Below, in pieces: positions 12,001 through 22,830 of a stretch of 64,000 bases of DNA; the stretch's first letter is position 1; every line of letters starts with the position of its first letter. The stretch spans positions 224,001 to 288,000 of the forward strand of contig CH464491.1 of NCBI GenBank assembly GCA_000002445.1, written 5' to 3'. The DNA comes from Trypanosoma brucei. Its lineage: Eukaryota. The position numbers and the translations under genes are program-made. The notes beneath the pieces are model-generated. The model was given only the letters and a program-made list of their open reading frames with translations, searched no databases and was not told where the DNA came from.

Positions 12001-12683
12001 CTATTGAGAGGGCTTTGCGTTGTCTCAGTCGCAAGGCAGATTTAAGGGTTCGATTTGCCGCACTTCAACTTTTCGCCACGCTCCTCTCGGTGAAACCACA
12101 TCTTCTTATTGGTTCGTATGTTCGAGATGTGGTGTACCCATGCGTCCTTGAAGAGTTGTTAGAGGACCCCACTCTCGTGCTCGCCATCAACCTTGGAAGT
12201 TGTACTCACAGGGAGGACAGGGGAAAAGAGATGCGGAAGTTGGCGTTTGAGTGCGTTTCAATGCTGCTCCGTGATGCGGAAGACCGGGGAAAGGAAAGTA
12301 TCCTGGAATACTGTGGCCGCTATGAGGAACTTGGCCGATGTCTTGTTCATGCTTGCGGACCGAGAGGAGGGGGAGAGACAGACGGAGACATAAACACTAA
12401 GGCAATGGACCTCATTGTGCGGTTTCTACGACTTTGCCCGTCATCACCCTGCGACGGTTCTCAGGTGATGGTTTTGTACGAAAAGCTCAAGATGGCGCTA
12501 GGGGTGGACATTGAGCGCACTGCTCAAGACGCCTCCAAGAAGCAACTCTTGAAGAGGCAAGCACTCAACTGCATCATGTGTCTTAGTGAGTGGCCACCTT
12601 TCTCATGTCACCCACAGTGGCAGTCGCTCGTTTTACTCGCTCAACAAAATCCGCTGTTGCCAGAAGCAATCAAAGTGACGTGA
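9021..12683 (+). CDS. CAND1: CAND1/TIP120 homologue (cullin-associated NEDD8-dissociated protein 1), a HEAT-repeat protein of 1220 aa.
   Basis: The N-terminus ...ERDVRVMALFDLQQALK... matches CAND1 ...DKDFRFMATNDLMTELQ.... There is a central acidic stretch with DPNY...DDTDMSW (CAND1: DPNYNYDD...DDDDMSW). The C-terminal RKLAFEC matches CAND1 RKAAFEC. The length (about 1220-1230 aa) and all-helical repeat character agree. Confidence 0.75.
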   Translation: MEVFDLAAFRTRMNDVERDVRVMALFDLQQALKSTVFKPDSVTLSKIVEYVTTCFAQSEPCREVRCNAIRLVPQLLLLSGEKDQERLVSLLCTSSTSQRARFGEKGYSELHDSAARALKLACECMSSKARADVESWQRLVPVARKIADALSSALEKGVEGVVREGIYDCIGVLIYPFGRVFICDVGCVLTKNALADVHHTGQLRRRAISFLSLASPFLSEDLFDAVFEVGVRGLREGNHRGAVVMPYLQLYEGLVKGCPSRAKTGALETMKFLTDGLSARLSHESADADAFDDDDYEVCDATVRLMHLMVCQYSKELATIHCALFVQALEIARFDPNYCDNMGGLDGCDSSDASGLYFTEDDTDMSWRLRMWAARLLALLIELSPFSTELTHQLGCEVLSLIGDRVEEVQLAAIHFVDTVIQSSRGASVCTSLLLFLQGAIDPLLGALNTREPKVVVAAAKALQNLFYFHWSVFTTEVCRAHDIVDKLLKAHLTGKEYAVVELTALAVRMLEGTSHGQPNIKLVTKLLDTVYAAVDAYVCGGIGQIVVCSVKAMAHTSGLAGAAYCERCMELYISLALNANFGGELISSAVEATRHCMSTFAASLSVDYFRRCGGRLVVLSEGRQVAIRLLKDLTASVPAAQLQPQELERLSNSIGRQDRAVQQHIVSIVCNALDNSGQLTAETLEDMFEFARSNSLKSGDRLLVQATLEMLEKICRRFSNLGGRIVDQLLPTVWEILSSAPKCAGHHPLLLVRGTAVLIRSLHQMLEPAQRSDLVEQTLRYVSRSKFRETSSEILRGVASVDEGILERVGSLMSGDDSLLCICVGTIGMSVPLPDMWEARLFRFLSSTGAENLGSVVPLAVGRAVSNAQNRSLMERVVESATRNTGGAALFWRAIHEAALTTVAGAELSPFSDPFFCKGVVEKLMENLLEDDTETAATVLGSFAPFVRDYLIDITATHLSDELDSKKAVCITVQRYLLSSVKNTDECPRLVSAIERALRCLSRKADLRVRFAALQLFATLLSVKPHLLIGSYVRDVVYPCVLEELLEDPTLVLAINLGSCTHREDRGKEMRKLAFECVSMLLRDAEDRGKESILEYCGRYEELGRCLVHACGPRGGGETDGDINTKAMDLIVRFLRLCPSSPCDGSQVMVLYEKLKMALGVDIERTAQDASKKQLLKRQALNCIMCLSEWPPFSCHPQWQSLVLLAQQNPLLPEAIKVT

Positions 12684-12998
12684 TGTGGGAGAGTGACGTA
12701 GCACGATCGTTTGTAGCATGTTTTTTTAAATTCGTTCCTTTCCGTGTGTGACAAGTGTTGTCTAGTGTGTATCGCTCGGTTCTGGTCGCGCTTGCATATA
12801 AGCTAGCAATATCGCAATTTCTTTGTCATTTATTGCGTCCCCCCTTTTCCCTCTTGAAACAGTGTCACTCGAGTGCGATCCTCTACTGCCTTTTTTTATT
12901 CGTTGTGAGGATTCTTCTCTTTCTCTCTTATTTACCGTTCTGGCTAGCTGTTGTGCACATCCACTATTTTTTTTTGAAGTGTGTGGGAGGCTCACGGC

Positions 12999-14309
12999 AT
13001 GCGTACAGGGCGCCTGTTGAGGTGCTTGGGGAATGAACTTAGTGTACCCTTGGGTTCTCACACTGCCGTACTCAGTAGGGTTTTTTGCCCAAAGATTCAG
13101 TCGCCCGAGCTGGCGTCCTTGGCTGTGGAGACAATTGAGGTGATACCGCAGCTTGACCTCCTTCACACGGTGGCGGTGCTAGATATATTCTCGCGTCATG
13201 GGATTCGTCATGAGCCGCTCATGCTTGGTTGCTTATGGAAGGTTTTCAAAGCTGAACCACCGACCAGTTTGTGTCAGGGACACGCGAGCCTGATGCAGGG
13301 TTTTGCTGTCCGTACGGCAACTGCTTTTCGCATTATGTGTCAGCATGGGTTAGTTCATGATCCCCAGCTTGTAGCTATTGCCCTCGGGCGGTGCACTGAA
13401 TGCGCCCCGCACATGACATTAGGTAGTGTCGTTGACGTGTACGAAGCTGTGAAGGAATGGGATCGGAAGTTTTTTAGCATTGCCGAGGCTGCTTTGCACT
13501 CGGGGGGCGCGTCTGAAGAGCAAATGGATGACGTCTCCAGTGACTCTCCCACTTTATTTTCAAGTCAGCCAAATATGATGGATGTTTTGTGCGGCGAGTT
13601 GGAGTCCCGCCTCATCTCGGTGGCGCGGGAGGATTATGAAGCCTCCGTTCAGGATGCGGAAAGGTTGCTGGGGTCACTTGCTGCCGTGGGAGTTGCAACT
13701 GGTGATGTTGTTTTAGCACTTTGTCAGCTGATCAAGCCCCTAAAAGTGACGGCTGATTCACTGTTGAAGATGATGGTGAGTTTACACCAAGTCCACATGC
13801 GAGTCGTGGACGTACTGGATTACAATGCCAATGACTGGGACATTCAATCGGCCCGAAGGGAACTCGTGAGGACACTCACAGCTAAACTTTTGTCACTACG
13901 GTCTCGGGGGAGCTTCGCCCGTCATTGCGATCGGCAGTTGGTGGTAGGGTTTCGAAGACTGTTTGAAAAGTATCCGGCACTCGCGGATGATGCACCTCAG
14001 CTGTGGGATGCGGTGCGCGCCGTCCGTGTGCCGCAGAAAGAAGTCATGAAAATGAATGAACCTTGTCGATTCCTTGGCGGTGAGTTGTTCAAGGGTAAAT
14101 ACGCTGTGAAGGTGAAACCTGTCACAACAAGTGCGGCGGAGGTGGAGCGGTTTGTTCCGCCGCAATTTAAGACGTGGAGCGGACCCTCTGTGGGGAACAA
14201 TCGTCACAAGAGTCCGAAGACACCGCGTGTGGTGGGTTTTGGAGTCCAGAAGATTTCAAAAGACTACATCAAGATGAAGCGAAAAAAGTTCGCCCCCAGC
14301 GTATGGTAG
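12999..14309 (+). CDS. Hypothetical protein (about 436 aa) with a possible N-terminal mitochondrial presequence. The first ATG is at 12999. The track start 12981 is GTG.
   Basis: The ORF is continuous. A polyY tract at 12840-12980 lies upstream. The N-terminus MRTGRLLRCLGNELSVPLGSHTAVLSRVF is Arg/Leu/Ser-rich and non-acidic. No family was recognised. Confidence 0.6.
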   Translation: MRTGRLLRCLGNELSVPLGSHTAVLSRVFCPKIQSPELASLAVETIEVIPQLDLLHTVAVLDIFSRHGIRHEPLMLGCLWKVFKAEPPTSLCQGHASLMQGFAVRTATAFRIMCQHGLVHDPQLVAIALGRCTECAPHMTLGSVVDVYEAVKEWDRKFFSIAEAALHSGGASEEQMDDVSSDSPTLFSSQPNMMDVLCGELESRLISVAREDYEASVQDAERLLGSLAAVGVATGDVVLALCQLIKPLKVTADSLLKMMVSLHQVHMRVVDVLDYNANDWDIQSARRELVRTLTAKLLSLRSRGSFARHCDRQLVVGFRRLFEKYPALADDAPQLWDAVRAVRVPQKEVMKMNEPCRFLGGELFKGKYAVKVKPVTTSAAEVERFVPPQFKTWSGPSVGNNRHKSPKTPRVVGFGVQKISKDYIKMKRKKFAPSVW

Positions 14310-14630
14310 GGCACTGGCCGGATGATGGGATGCCCGTTCGGATGCATAGTGCTTTCTGTAGCCTTTGCTACGTGTGCGTGGTGGAATTCTAGTTTTCTTT
14401 CGTGTTTTGCCGTAACGTCCGCTATGGTTTCGTATTTTTTGTTGTTGTGTCGTATGCGCCATTGCCTTTACCATGTTGGTGTCACTTTCATTGCTTATTG
14501 TTCTCTTCGCGTTTGTATTTGTTTCATTGTCTCAATTTGCGGAGGAATCACACAGACGCACACGTAACGTGGTGTGTGCTGGATTACTTGTCCCCAAGCA
14601 TTAGACAGTGGCGTCGTCTCAGTAGTAGGA

Positions 14631-16853
14631 ATGCCTCACAAGGAGGCTGAGGTCGGTACTCTCGGATTTAAGACTCCCGCGCGTAGGTCCAGATGCATCG
14701 GCGACCAGGGATTTCATTCGGCCACGAAGCCCTGGGTATCGCCCCATTCATTAGTTAAGGTGAGCCCTAGGTTAAGGGTCCCATCCACTTCTAGGTTACC
14801 TGCACTTGCGGAGGCTCCCGTATTTCCTCGTGCCCTTGTCCCATCCAAAGCGCTAGGTCCAGTTGCAATATCAAAGGCCCCCCTTGCGGCACAGTTGGAA
14901 GCTTTTGTGCGCCGTGAATATAAGATTTATTCCACCGGGAACCGCGATTGCACGCATGTGGACACCTTGCACATAGTGAGGGAGGCCTTTTCGGTCTTCC
15001 TGGAACACTTCTCAGAATATAGAGAGGTGCTATCTCTCATCCGCGACGAGTACGAGGCGGCATTCCAGGAGCTCCTTAGTGAGGTTAAGCGCCTCCGAGC
15101 TGTTGAGTTGGAGACAAGCAGTGACCGTAGTGTGCACGCGATGGAGATGTTAAAACAGCGGGAGGCCTTTAAGTCGATTGTTAGCAATCACTATGCTCAA
15201 CTTCAGGCAACTGAAGGGATAGTTCATTCCCTGCGCGACCAAATTACTTCGTATGAAGAGTCTAACGAAACGCTACGAGCCCAACTGAAGAAGGCGAAGG
15301 AAGAAACCCGGGAGGCTACGGATACATCCAAATTGTTAACAAAGTCCATGATTGAGGAGGCCGCTCGTAACTCTCAGCTCCTTGCGGCGCGCACGGCAAA
15401 TGAGAGGGAAATAGGTCGCTTGAAGGTTCAAGTGGATATGGTGAGGGAAGAACTGAAGGATGTGGAGAGCAGATACACCGCACTTTTGGAGAAAACACTA
15501 TGCACTGGTGGGCCGGATACGATTTTCAAGGGTAAAGACGTGCGAGCTAAGAAGAAACTTGATCAAGAATGCGAGCAGGAAGCGAAGAAGAAGCTTGAAG
15601 AATCTGAAGAGAATGCGAGACAGAAGGCATCTGAGGAGGAGGAAAGAAGGAATCGGGATAACGCTTACTTTGCTCTCATTAATGAGCGCATTGACGAATT
15701 ACTCCTCGAGCGGGAGCAGTTAAAGCAGCAGTTGGCTGACGCACTTGCGAGCCGTTGCGCTTCTGCCTGCGGTAGTGGTGGGGGTGGTCGGCCTGCAAGC
15801 ACCTCCCGCGCAAGAAGGTTCTCCGCAGATCCAGGAGCTCTGGAGAATGACCGACGACTTGTAGAGGGTGATGCCACCTACAGTAGGTTGATTGCTGCAT
15901 GGTTACGGGAGGAGCAGATGACGGGTGCTGAGTTAGACCGACTTGATGTGCTGATACCCCCTGGTGCGTCAGAGGATCATCCATTTGGGTTTTTAAAAGC
16001 TACCCTCCCCGTTCGAAATCGGTACCTGAAGAGGGAGGACACCATAGATATGTTGAACAGTTGGTGGGGGTTCCGGCGGAATTCGTTTGATTCGTCGATA
16101 AAACATCACTTTATGTGTTGGTTGCAAAAAACAACTGGATCTGAGTCAGGTGCGCAGGAATTAGGTGTGAACATAGTTCACGTCTGCGAGCACAACATTT
16201 ATGATCCCGATTGTCGTGCATTTCTCTTAATATTTCGAGAGTGTGTACCTGAAGACGTTGTTCATGCGTGGACGAAAGATATAGCGTATTTCGAGGAGCT
16301 ATGCCGTGAGTCTATGAGTGCTCACCGTTTCGTCCGCTGCTCAGTACTTTATGATAAACTCCGGAACAAATTACAAGAAAAGACGTATTTGAACATGCTA
16401 GAATTGCGCCTTTACCTCTGGCGTAACAGCGATGCGAATGGAATGATCTCCGTTGATTTTCTCTTTAGGAAAGACTCTCGCTTTCTGTACTTACTGAAGA
16501 AGCAGCTGCTCAGAGAGGTGGAGGAGTTCACTCTGCGGGTGGTTGAGGCAATTCGCTCAGTTGCCCTCGACGCAGATACCGTAAAGCTTCAAGATGTAGT
16601 AAACGCACTTAGCGCTCAGGATCCCGGTATTCCACAGGGCACGCTGCGCCGTCTGGTGGCGGAGGCAACTCAACTAACTTCTATGGATGTTGCTACGTGT
16701 GGAGTGGACTTCACCGTACGATTGCGGCCCCTTATCTACCGGTTCCGAAGCGCCGTTTTATTGAGGCGGGTAACGCCTCCTGTTGATACAAGTCAGCTGA
16801 ATCCAAATATATTTGACGCGAAGGCAATTGTTGAAGAAGCAGAGGAGGTGTAG
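14631..16853 (+). CDS. Hypothetical coiled-coil protein (about 740 aa). The first ATG is at 14631. The track start 14574 is GTG.
   Basis: The long ORF has a central heptad-like, charged segment (...LRAQLKKAKEETREATD...REIGRLKVQVDMVREELKDVESRYTALLEK...EEERRNRDNAYFALINERIDELLLEREQLKQQLAD...). A pyrimidine-rich leader at 14390-14570 lies upstream. Confidence 0.6.
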   Translation: MPHKEAEVGTLGFKTPARRSRCIGDQGFHSATKPWVSPHSLVKVSPRLRVPSTSRLPALAEAPVFPRALVPSKALGPVAISKAPLAAQLEAFVRREYKIYSTGNRDCTHVDTLHIVREAFSVFLEHFSEYREVLSLIRDEYEAAFQELLSEVKRLRAVELETSSDRSVHAMEMLKQREAFKSIVSNHYAQLQATEGIVHSLRDQITSYEESNETLRAQLKKAKEETREATDTSKLLTKSMIEEAARNSQLLAARTANEREIGRLKVQVDMVREELKDVESRYTALLEKTLCTGGPDTIFKGKDVRAKKKLDQECEQEAKKKLEESEENARQKASEEEERRNRDNAYFALINERIDELLLEREQLKQQLADALASRCASACGSGGGGRPASTSRARRFSADPGALENDRRLVEGDATYSRLIAAWLREEQMTGAELDRLDVLIPPGASEDHPFGFLKATLPVRNRYLKREDTIDMLNSWWGFRRNSFDSSIKHHFMCWLQKTTGSESGAQELGVNIVHVCEHNIYDPDCRAFLLIFRECVPEDVVHAWTKDIAYFEELCRESMSAHRFVRCSVLYDKLRNKLQEKTYLNMLELRLYLWRNSDANGMISVDFLFRKDSRFLYLLKKQLLREVEEFTLRVVEAIRSVALDADTVKLQDVVNALSAQDPGIPQGTLRRLVAEATQLTSMDVATCGVDFTVRLRPLIYRFRSAVLLRRVTPPVDTSQLNPNIFDAKAIVEEAEEV

Positions 16854-17504
16854 GATCGACTGGCACCGTGGTGTAGTAGGCGGTTATAACGTATTTCTTC
16901 AGTACCTCTTCTACTTTGATCTGTATTGTACCTTTCAGTTCTTTTGCCTCCCTTCACTGATTGTCTGTTGGTTTTTGCCACCTTACGTGTGATGTTATCG
17001 AGAAACATGTCATTTTTGCTGTCTTCCTCTATTCTGCGTTGACGCATATCGAGGAAGGCTTTAACTTTTTCTTTTACGTTTTTTCTTGGACGTATTTTCC
17101 TTTGTTTGCTGTCAAAGCGGAGCAATTCATTGAATCCACCATGCGTTTTGTTACTCCATATTTACCTTTATATGCCTATATCTATCTATCTATATATATA
17201 TATGCATATATTTTTACTCACTGCTCGAGGTGTAGTAGCTGATCACCTGTGGTGACCACGAAGGTGGAGGGCGAATAAAAAAAAAGGAGAGATGGAGGCA
17301 GTGGAAACGTGATATTGTGCCTCGTAACATCTGTGTTGCGTTCCAAACCACTGCCTTTCCATCATTTTGCCACCGTTATGTTCGTTCATTCCTTCACTCC
17401 TTTGTTACTTCATTTCTATATTTAGTGTGCGTTGGTGGTTGGTTTGGTATGAGGAACGTGTGTTTGTATGAGCGTTTGTAGGTACCATGTATAGGTGTAC
17501 TGTA

Positions 17505-17540
17505 TTTCTATTGTCTAACCTCTTTTTTTTTTTTTGTACA
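17505..17540 (+). promoter_or_regulatory. T15 homopolymer / polypyrimidine tract in the intergenic region upstream of the KREPB5-like gene.
   Basis: ctctttttttttttttgtacagg, which is a T-run followed by AG. It is a candidate splice-acceptor polyY tract and is also a polyadenylation-guiding element for the upstream gene. Confidence 0.4.
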
Positions 17541-17857
17541 GGTGGTGACCAGGCTGTTGTATTTCGTTTTTGCTTGGTGTTGACGGTTGTTTACACTTTC
17601 TTGTCTCCTCTTGTTTTCATCTCTGTGAGACTGTTGAGTACTAGTTGTTTGTGACGGTGACGCGGAGTTTATTTCCCCCTTTCATTTTGTTAACTATCGC
17701 CTGATTCGGTGAGCAACAGTAACGCCCAATACCTTCACTCTTCACGTGCTAACTGCATGAGTGGCAATGTCCTAATGAATGGGGAGTTGTAACTCGGAGT
17801 TGTGTAGATGTGTTATTGGAATTTTTCTTTTGATGTTGCTTTGCTGGTGTGAGGTGA

Positions 17858-19069
<1,212 letters not shown>

Positions 19070-19620
19070 CGTTGAAGCGTGATTCACTCCGTAGCCGCCT
19101 TATGTGCGTGTGTGCTTGTTGGGGGGTGGGGCTTGGGGCGTGGTCAGTCTCCATTCCCTTACGTATTGTGTTGTTGTGTGTACATTACGCGTTTATTTCC
19201 TCAAGTCGAAACGAAACCAAGAGGGGGTGGGGGTGCATCAGACAGAAAGGGGAAGCAACATGGAGAATTGCGAACAAGGAGCGGATTGAGAGGGGAAAGA
19301 AAGGAGTTTGCCAATTGTTCTAGGCACATTCGTCGCGTGGGCAGCAACAAGGGTTGTGTGTGAGTGCACATTCGTAATCACAACCATACGCTCCCCCTAT
19401 CTGCTTCTTCGTTTACCTACTCTTTGCACAATTCCAGCACAGGGTAAGTGTGATAGCAATACCAGGGAGAAAAACAAAAAAAAAACAATAGAGTTAAAGG
19501 AGAGAAGCAGAAAGAAACGGCAAAAAGGGACAGCGTTAGACTGACTGCCAATAATAAAAGAATTTAATAACAAAACAATTAGCAAGGTTGTAAAAGAAAA
19601 TAATAATAAAAAAAGTAATA

Positions 19621-21036
19621 ATGCAGGAAGGCCAACTGTTTCAGTCGATGATGAGCGTGAACTTTTTGACAGATCGTCCCGTGTCGCCTATCAGCTCTGC
19701 GTCCACTGCAGAGGTGACAGCGGGACATGATATCTCGACAATTAATCGTACACTTGACGCTTCTTTCATGTATGACGACGGGGCACTGATGGACTTCGAT
19801 TCGAAGCACTGGATTCGGGTGACACGTCTGGACCCGAGCACATCGAGCAAGACGTTGCGGCAAATGTTTTACCCTTATGGCGGTGATGAGGCCTTCGTTA
19901 TATGGGACAACGCGGTGGTTGGGTACGTCGGCTTTGACAACCACTTCATGGCGGAGCTCGCTGTGGAGAAGATGAATACATTCATTCCTTGTCGCCAGGC
20001 GCAAGCTCTTTGCGTACGTCCTGCGTCGATGGACGAAGTTGTTCTCGCGAGGAGCGCTGTTTCCTCAGGTCAAGAAAGCATCGTTCCGCTCTTGTACTCG
20101 GATTGTCCTATCAAGTGCATTGTGCAGGTTATTGAGGGACACAGACAGCCAAGTTACTGCGCAATGGAACTGGTTGAAGAGGTGAAGCGCGCGCCTCGCT
20201 CGTTGTTTGCTCGTGTTTCAGAAACTTTAAGCCAACTCAAGGCGAATTCCTTCTTAGTTGAGGAGTTTCGGGAGGCCCTCGTTCGGAATCTGCTTCTTCA
20301 CATTTTCGAGGAGGATCACACAGATACTAAGGCGAACTGTGGTGTGCTTCTTGGGGAACTCTTCTGTTCCGGTTTTCTGACCGGCGACCCCTTCCAAATT
20401 GCCTCTGGCATTCTCCAGCGTGGCGTGAAGTCCATTGGGCAGATTGACAATGTGTGTGCTGTGGCGCATGCTTGTGCGTCGTTGCCGTTTGCTATGTCAA
20501 AGGCTTCTTTCTGGGCTCTGGTCGGCCAGTTGTCTCTACAAACTGAGGAGCCTCTGCGGTCCGCTCTGCGGGGGCACATTCGCCGTTTCCATCAAAGCAC
20601 GGAGTTCATTTCGCCCAAACCGACTGCTAACGCGCCGCTGCCAACGGCAGACAGAGCTGCGTCATCATTTCCAGGTTTGAAAATGCGAACTGTGTACGTT
20701 TCTCACCTTCCCGCTTCAATGCCTCAGCGCACTTTTATGGACCTTCTAACTTCATGTGGAGGTGTAAACAAAGTTCGCGTTTGCCGCGGGAAGGGTTACA
20801 CAACCCTTTTTGCCTTCGTGGAGATGGCCACCGCCGACGGTGTGGCGGCTGCTCTACGTCTCGGCCGAGCAAACGTTCTTGGCTGCAACATCCGCCTGCA
20901 GATGGCACGCAATCCGATTCAGGATTCCCAGTCTGATGATGCAGTTATTAACGCGAACGGTACAGTCGCCTGCGAATGCCTCTTTGGACGTCATGGGGGC
21001 ACATTGGGCGATGTGGCAAGCGACAAGGGGTACTAA
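19621..21036 (+). CDS. RNA-binding protein with RRM domain(s), 471 aa.
   Basis: There is a clean ATG at 19621. The C-terminal RRM is ...RTVYVSHLPASMPQRTFMDLLTSCGGVNKVRVCRGKGYTTLFAFVEMATADGVAAALRLG...NIRLQMARN. An earlier RRM-like block is ...IRVTRLDPSTSSKTLRQMFYPYGGDEAFVIWDNAVVGYVGFDNHFMAELAVEKMN.... Confidence 0.7.
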   Translation: MQEGQLFQSMMSVNFLTDRPVSPISSASTAEVTAGHDISTINRTLDASFMYDDGALMDFDSKHWIRVTRLDPSTSSKTLRQMFYPYGGDEAFVIWDNAVVGYVGFDNHFMAELAVEKMNTFIPCRQAQALCVRPASMDEVVLARSAVSSGQESIVPLLYSDCPIKCIVQVIEGHRQPSYCAMELVEEVKRAPRSLFARVSETLSQLKANSFLVEEFREALVRNLLLHIFEEDHTDTKANCGVLLGELFCSGFLTGDPFQIASGILQRGVKSIGQIDNVCAVAHACASLPFAMSKASFWALVGQLSLQTEEPLRSALRGHIRRFHQSTEFISPKPTANAPLPTADRAASSFPGLKMRTVYVSHLPASMPQRTFMDLLTSCGGVNKVRVCRGKGYTTLFAFVEMATADGVAAALRLGRANVLGCNIRLQMARNPIQDSQSDDAVINANGTVACECLFGRHGGTLGDVASDKGY

Positions 21037-22830
21037 CATTTAAACAAATAGAATTTCCATACAAAAAGCAAAGCCTTCTTTCCATAAACATCCAGACCAT
21101 AGATATGAGATACATACAGAACAAGTGCACGAACCCATTTGTATGCACTCGGGGGAAAGCAACTAATCACATGAGATCCATGCATGAACTCACTTGTATA
21201 TGTGCATAATGGGTTTGTTTACACACTTAACTCGTTCATTCAATTTTTTCTGTTTGGTCCTGTTGCGGTCATCGCCGGTCGTAATATTGCGTTTCTTTCT
21301 TCCCCTTTGTTGAAACTATGGCTTCTCCCCTTTTCTTGATGGTGAAGGAACGAATAAGGGAGTGCGGGGGAGACGATCAAGCACTATTAACGAAGATACG
21401 GCAGCCGAAAAGAGCTGCTTTTCTCTTCATCCTGGTCCACTCTGTTTTTTGTCATATTTTTGGCGATCAACTGCTGCGCCACAGTGCTTGTTGTTATTTC
21501 CCCTCTTTGCTTTCTCCCGCTTCATGTGTTTGATTTCCTCTTCTCTTTTGCTCTCCTAGCGTTATTTGTTGTTATTTTTATGCGGGTGTTGAGTATTATG
21601 ATAAACGCGCCGCGTGGCATAGAATGTAAACACACATACAGAGAAAACAAAGCAAATCAACGGTGCATCGCTCTCAGGTTTGTGTGTTGGACTCACAATA
21701 ATGTTTTTGACCCTCTTTTTTTCGCGTTTTACTAATCTGAATTCCGATTATTATTTTTCGCTTACCTGCCCTCTCACATGTACTTCTTTTTTTTTTTAAT
21801 TTAACTTTTTAAAAGTGGTTTCATTGCTATTGTTGTTATTTACTGGTGATATTTTTCCCGTCCCCAATCGTTTCTTTCCTCGTTTCGCCTCCTCAGAATT
21901 GAGAAACGAATGGAAGAAAACTCAAGCACGGCAGAATGGCAAATGTTGAAACATAATTACGTATATTTAAGTATATATCTATAGAAAGAGGGAGAAAAAG
22001 GGGGAAAAGGCAAAAAAAGAGAGGGCGAACGTGGTGCATTTCGCGGAAAGGCTGGGAGAGTGAACCTCAAAACGTGTCTGTGCTTGTGTGTGGAAGTTAG
22101 GAGGCCGTTTCTAGTCACAAAGGTTGCAGCTGCTATGAGGGAAATACATGTGGGCAACACGGAATTAAAGAAGGAAAGAGGGGCTCTAAATGCGTTGAAA
22201 AGGACAGGAAAGAAATTTTAAAAATTGCGCATTTCTGTTTTCTTTTCCTCATTTTCTTTTTGCGAAAGAAAAGCATATGCGGGCAATGCGTTTGATATTG
22301 CATGCGTAACAGGTGTTTATATATGCATGTGTGTATAAGGCGGGACACGGGGAATGGGGGAAAATGAAAGGTAGTGAGAGAGAAGAGGAAAGGGGTAATG
22401 GAGAGAAATACAAGCGAAATATGACACAACGGGGTGCAGGTTCTATGGTAACAGCAGAAAGACGCGCACCCCTCGCTCAAATAATAGCAACCCTTCCTCA
22501 TTTTCTATTTACATTTTATCCTCCTCTTTTACCTTTGCTTTGCTAGTTTTAATGATTTGTTTCTCCCCTTGCTGAGGCCGCATTTCAGCTTTCACATTTT
22601 TCTGCCAGTTTAATCCCAGGACCCACTGTCCGACCTCTACACGCCTGCTGTGGTACTGTTGACGTTTCTTTACCCTTCGGAGGAAGTACGTTTGGCTGTG
22701 TTTAAATGTTTGTTTTCCTTCCCCTTCCCCTATCATTCCTTTTCACTTCCTCATTTTTATCCTTTGCTATTGTGGTACGCGGGAACATCTTGTTGCCTCA
22801 TCACCATTGGACTCCCTCCCTTTAAAGCTG

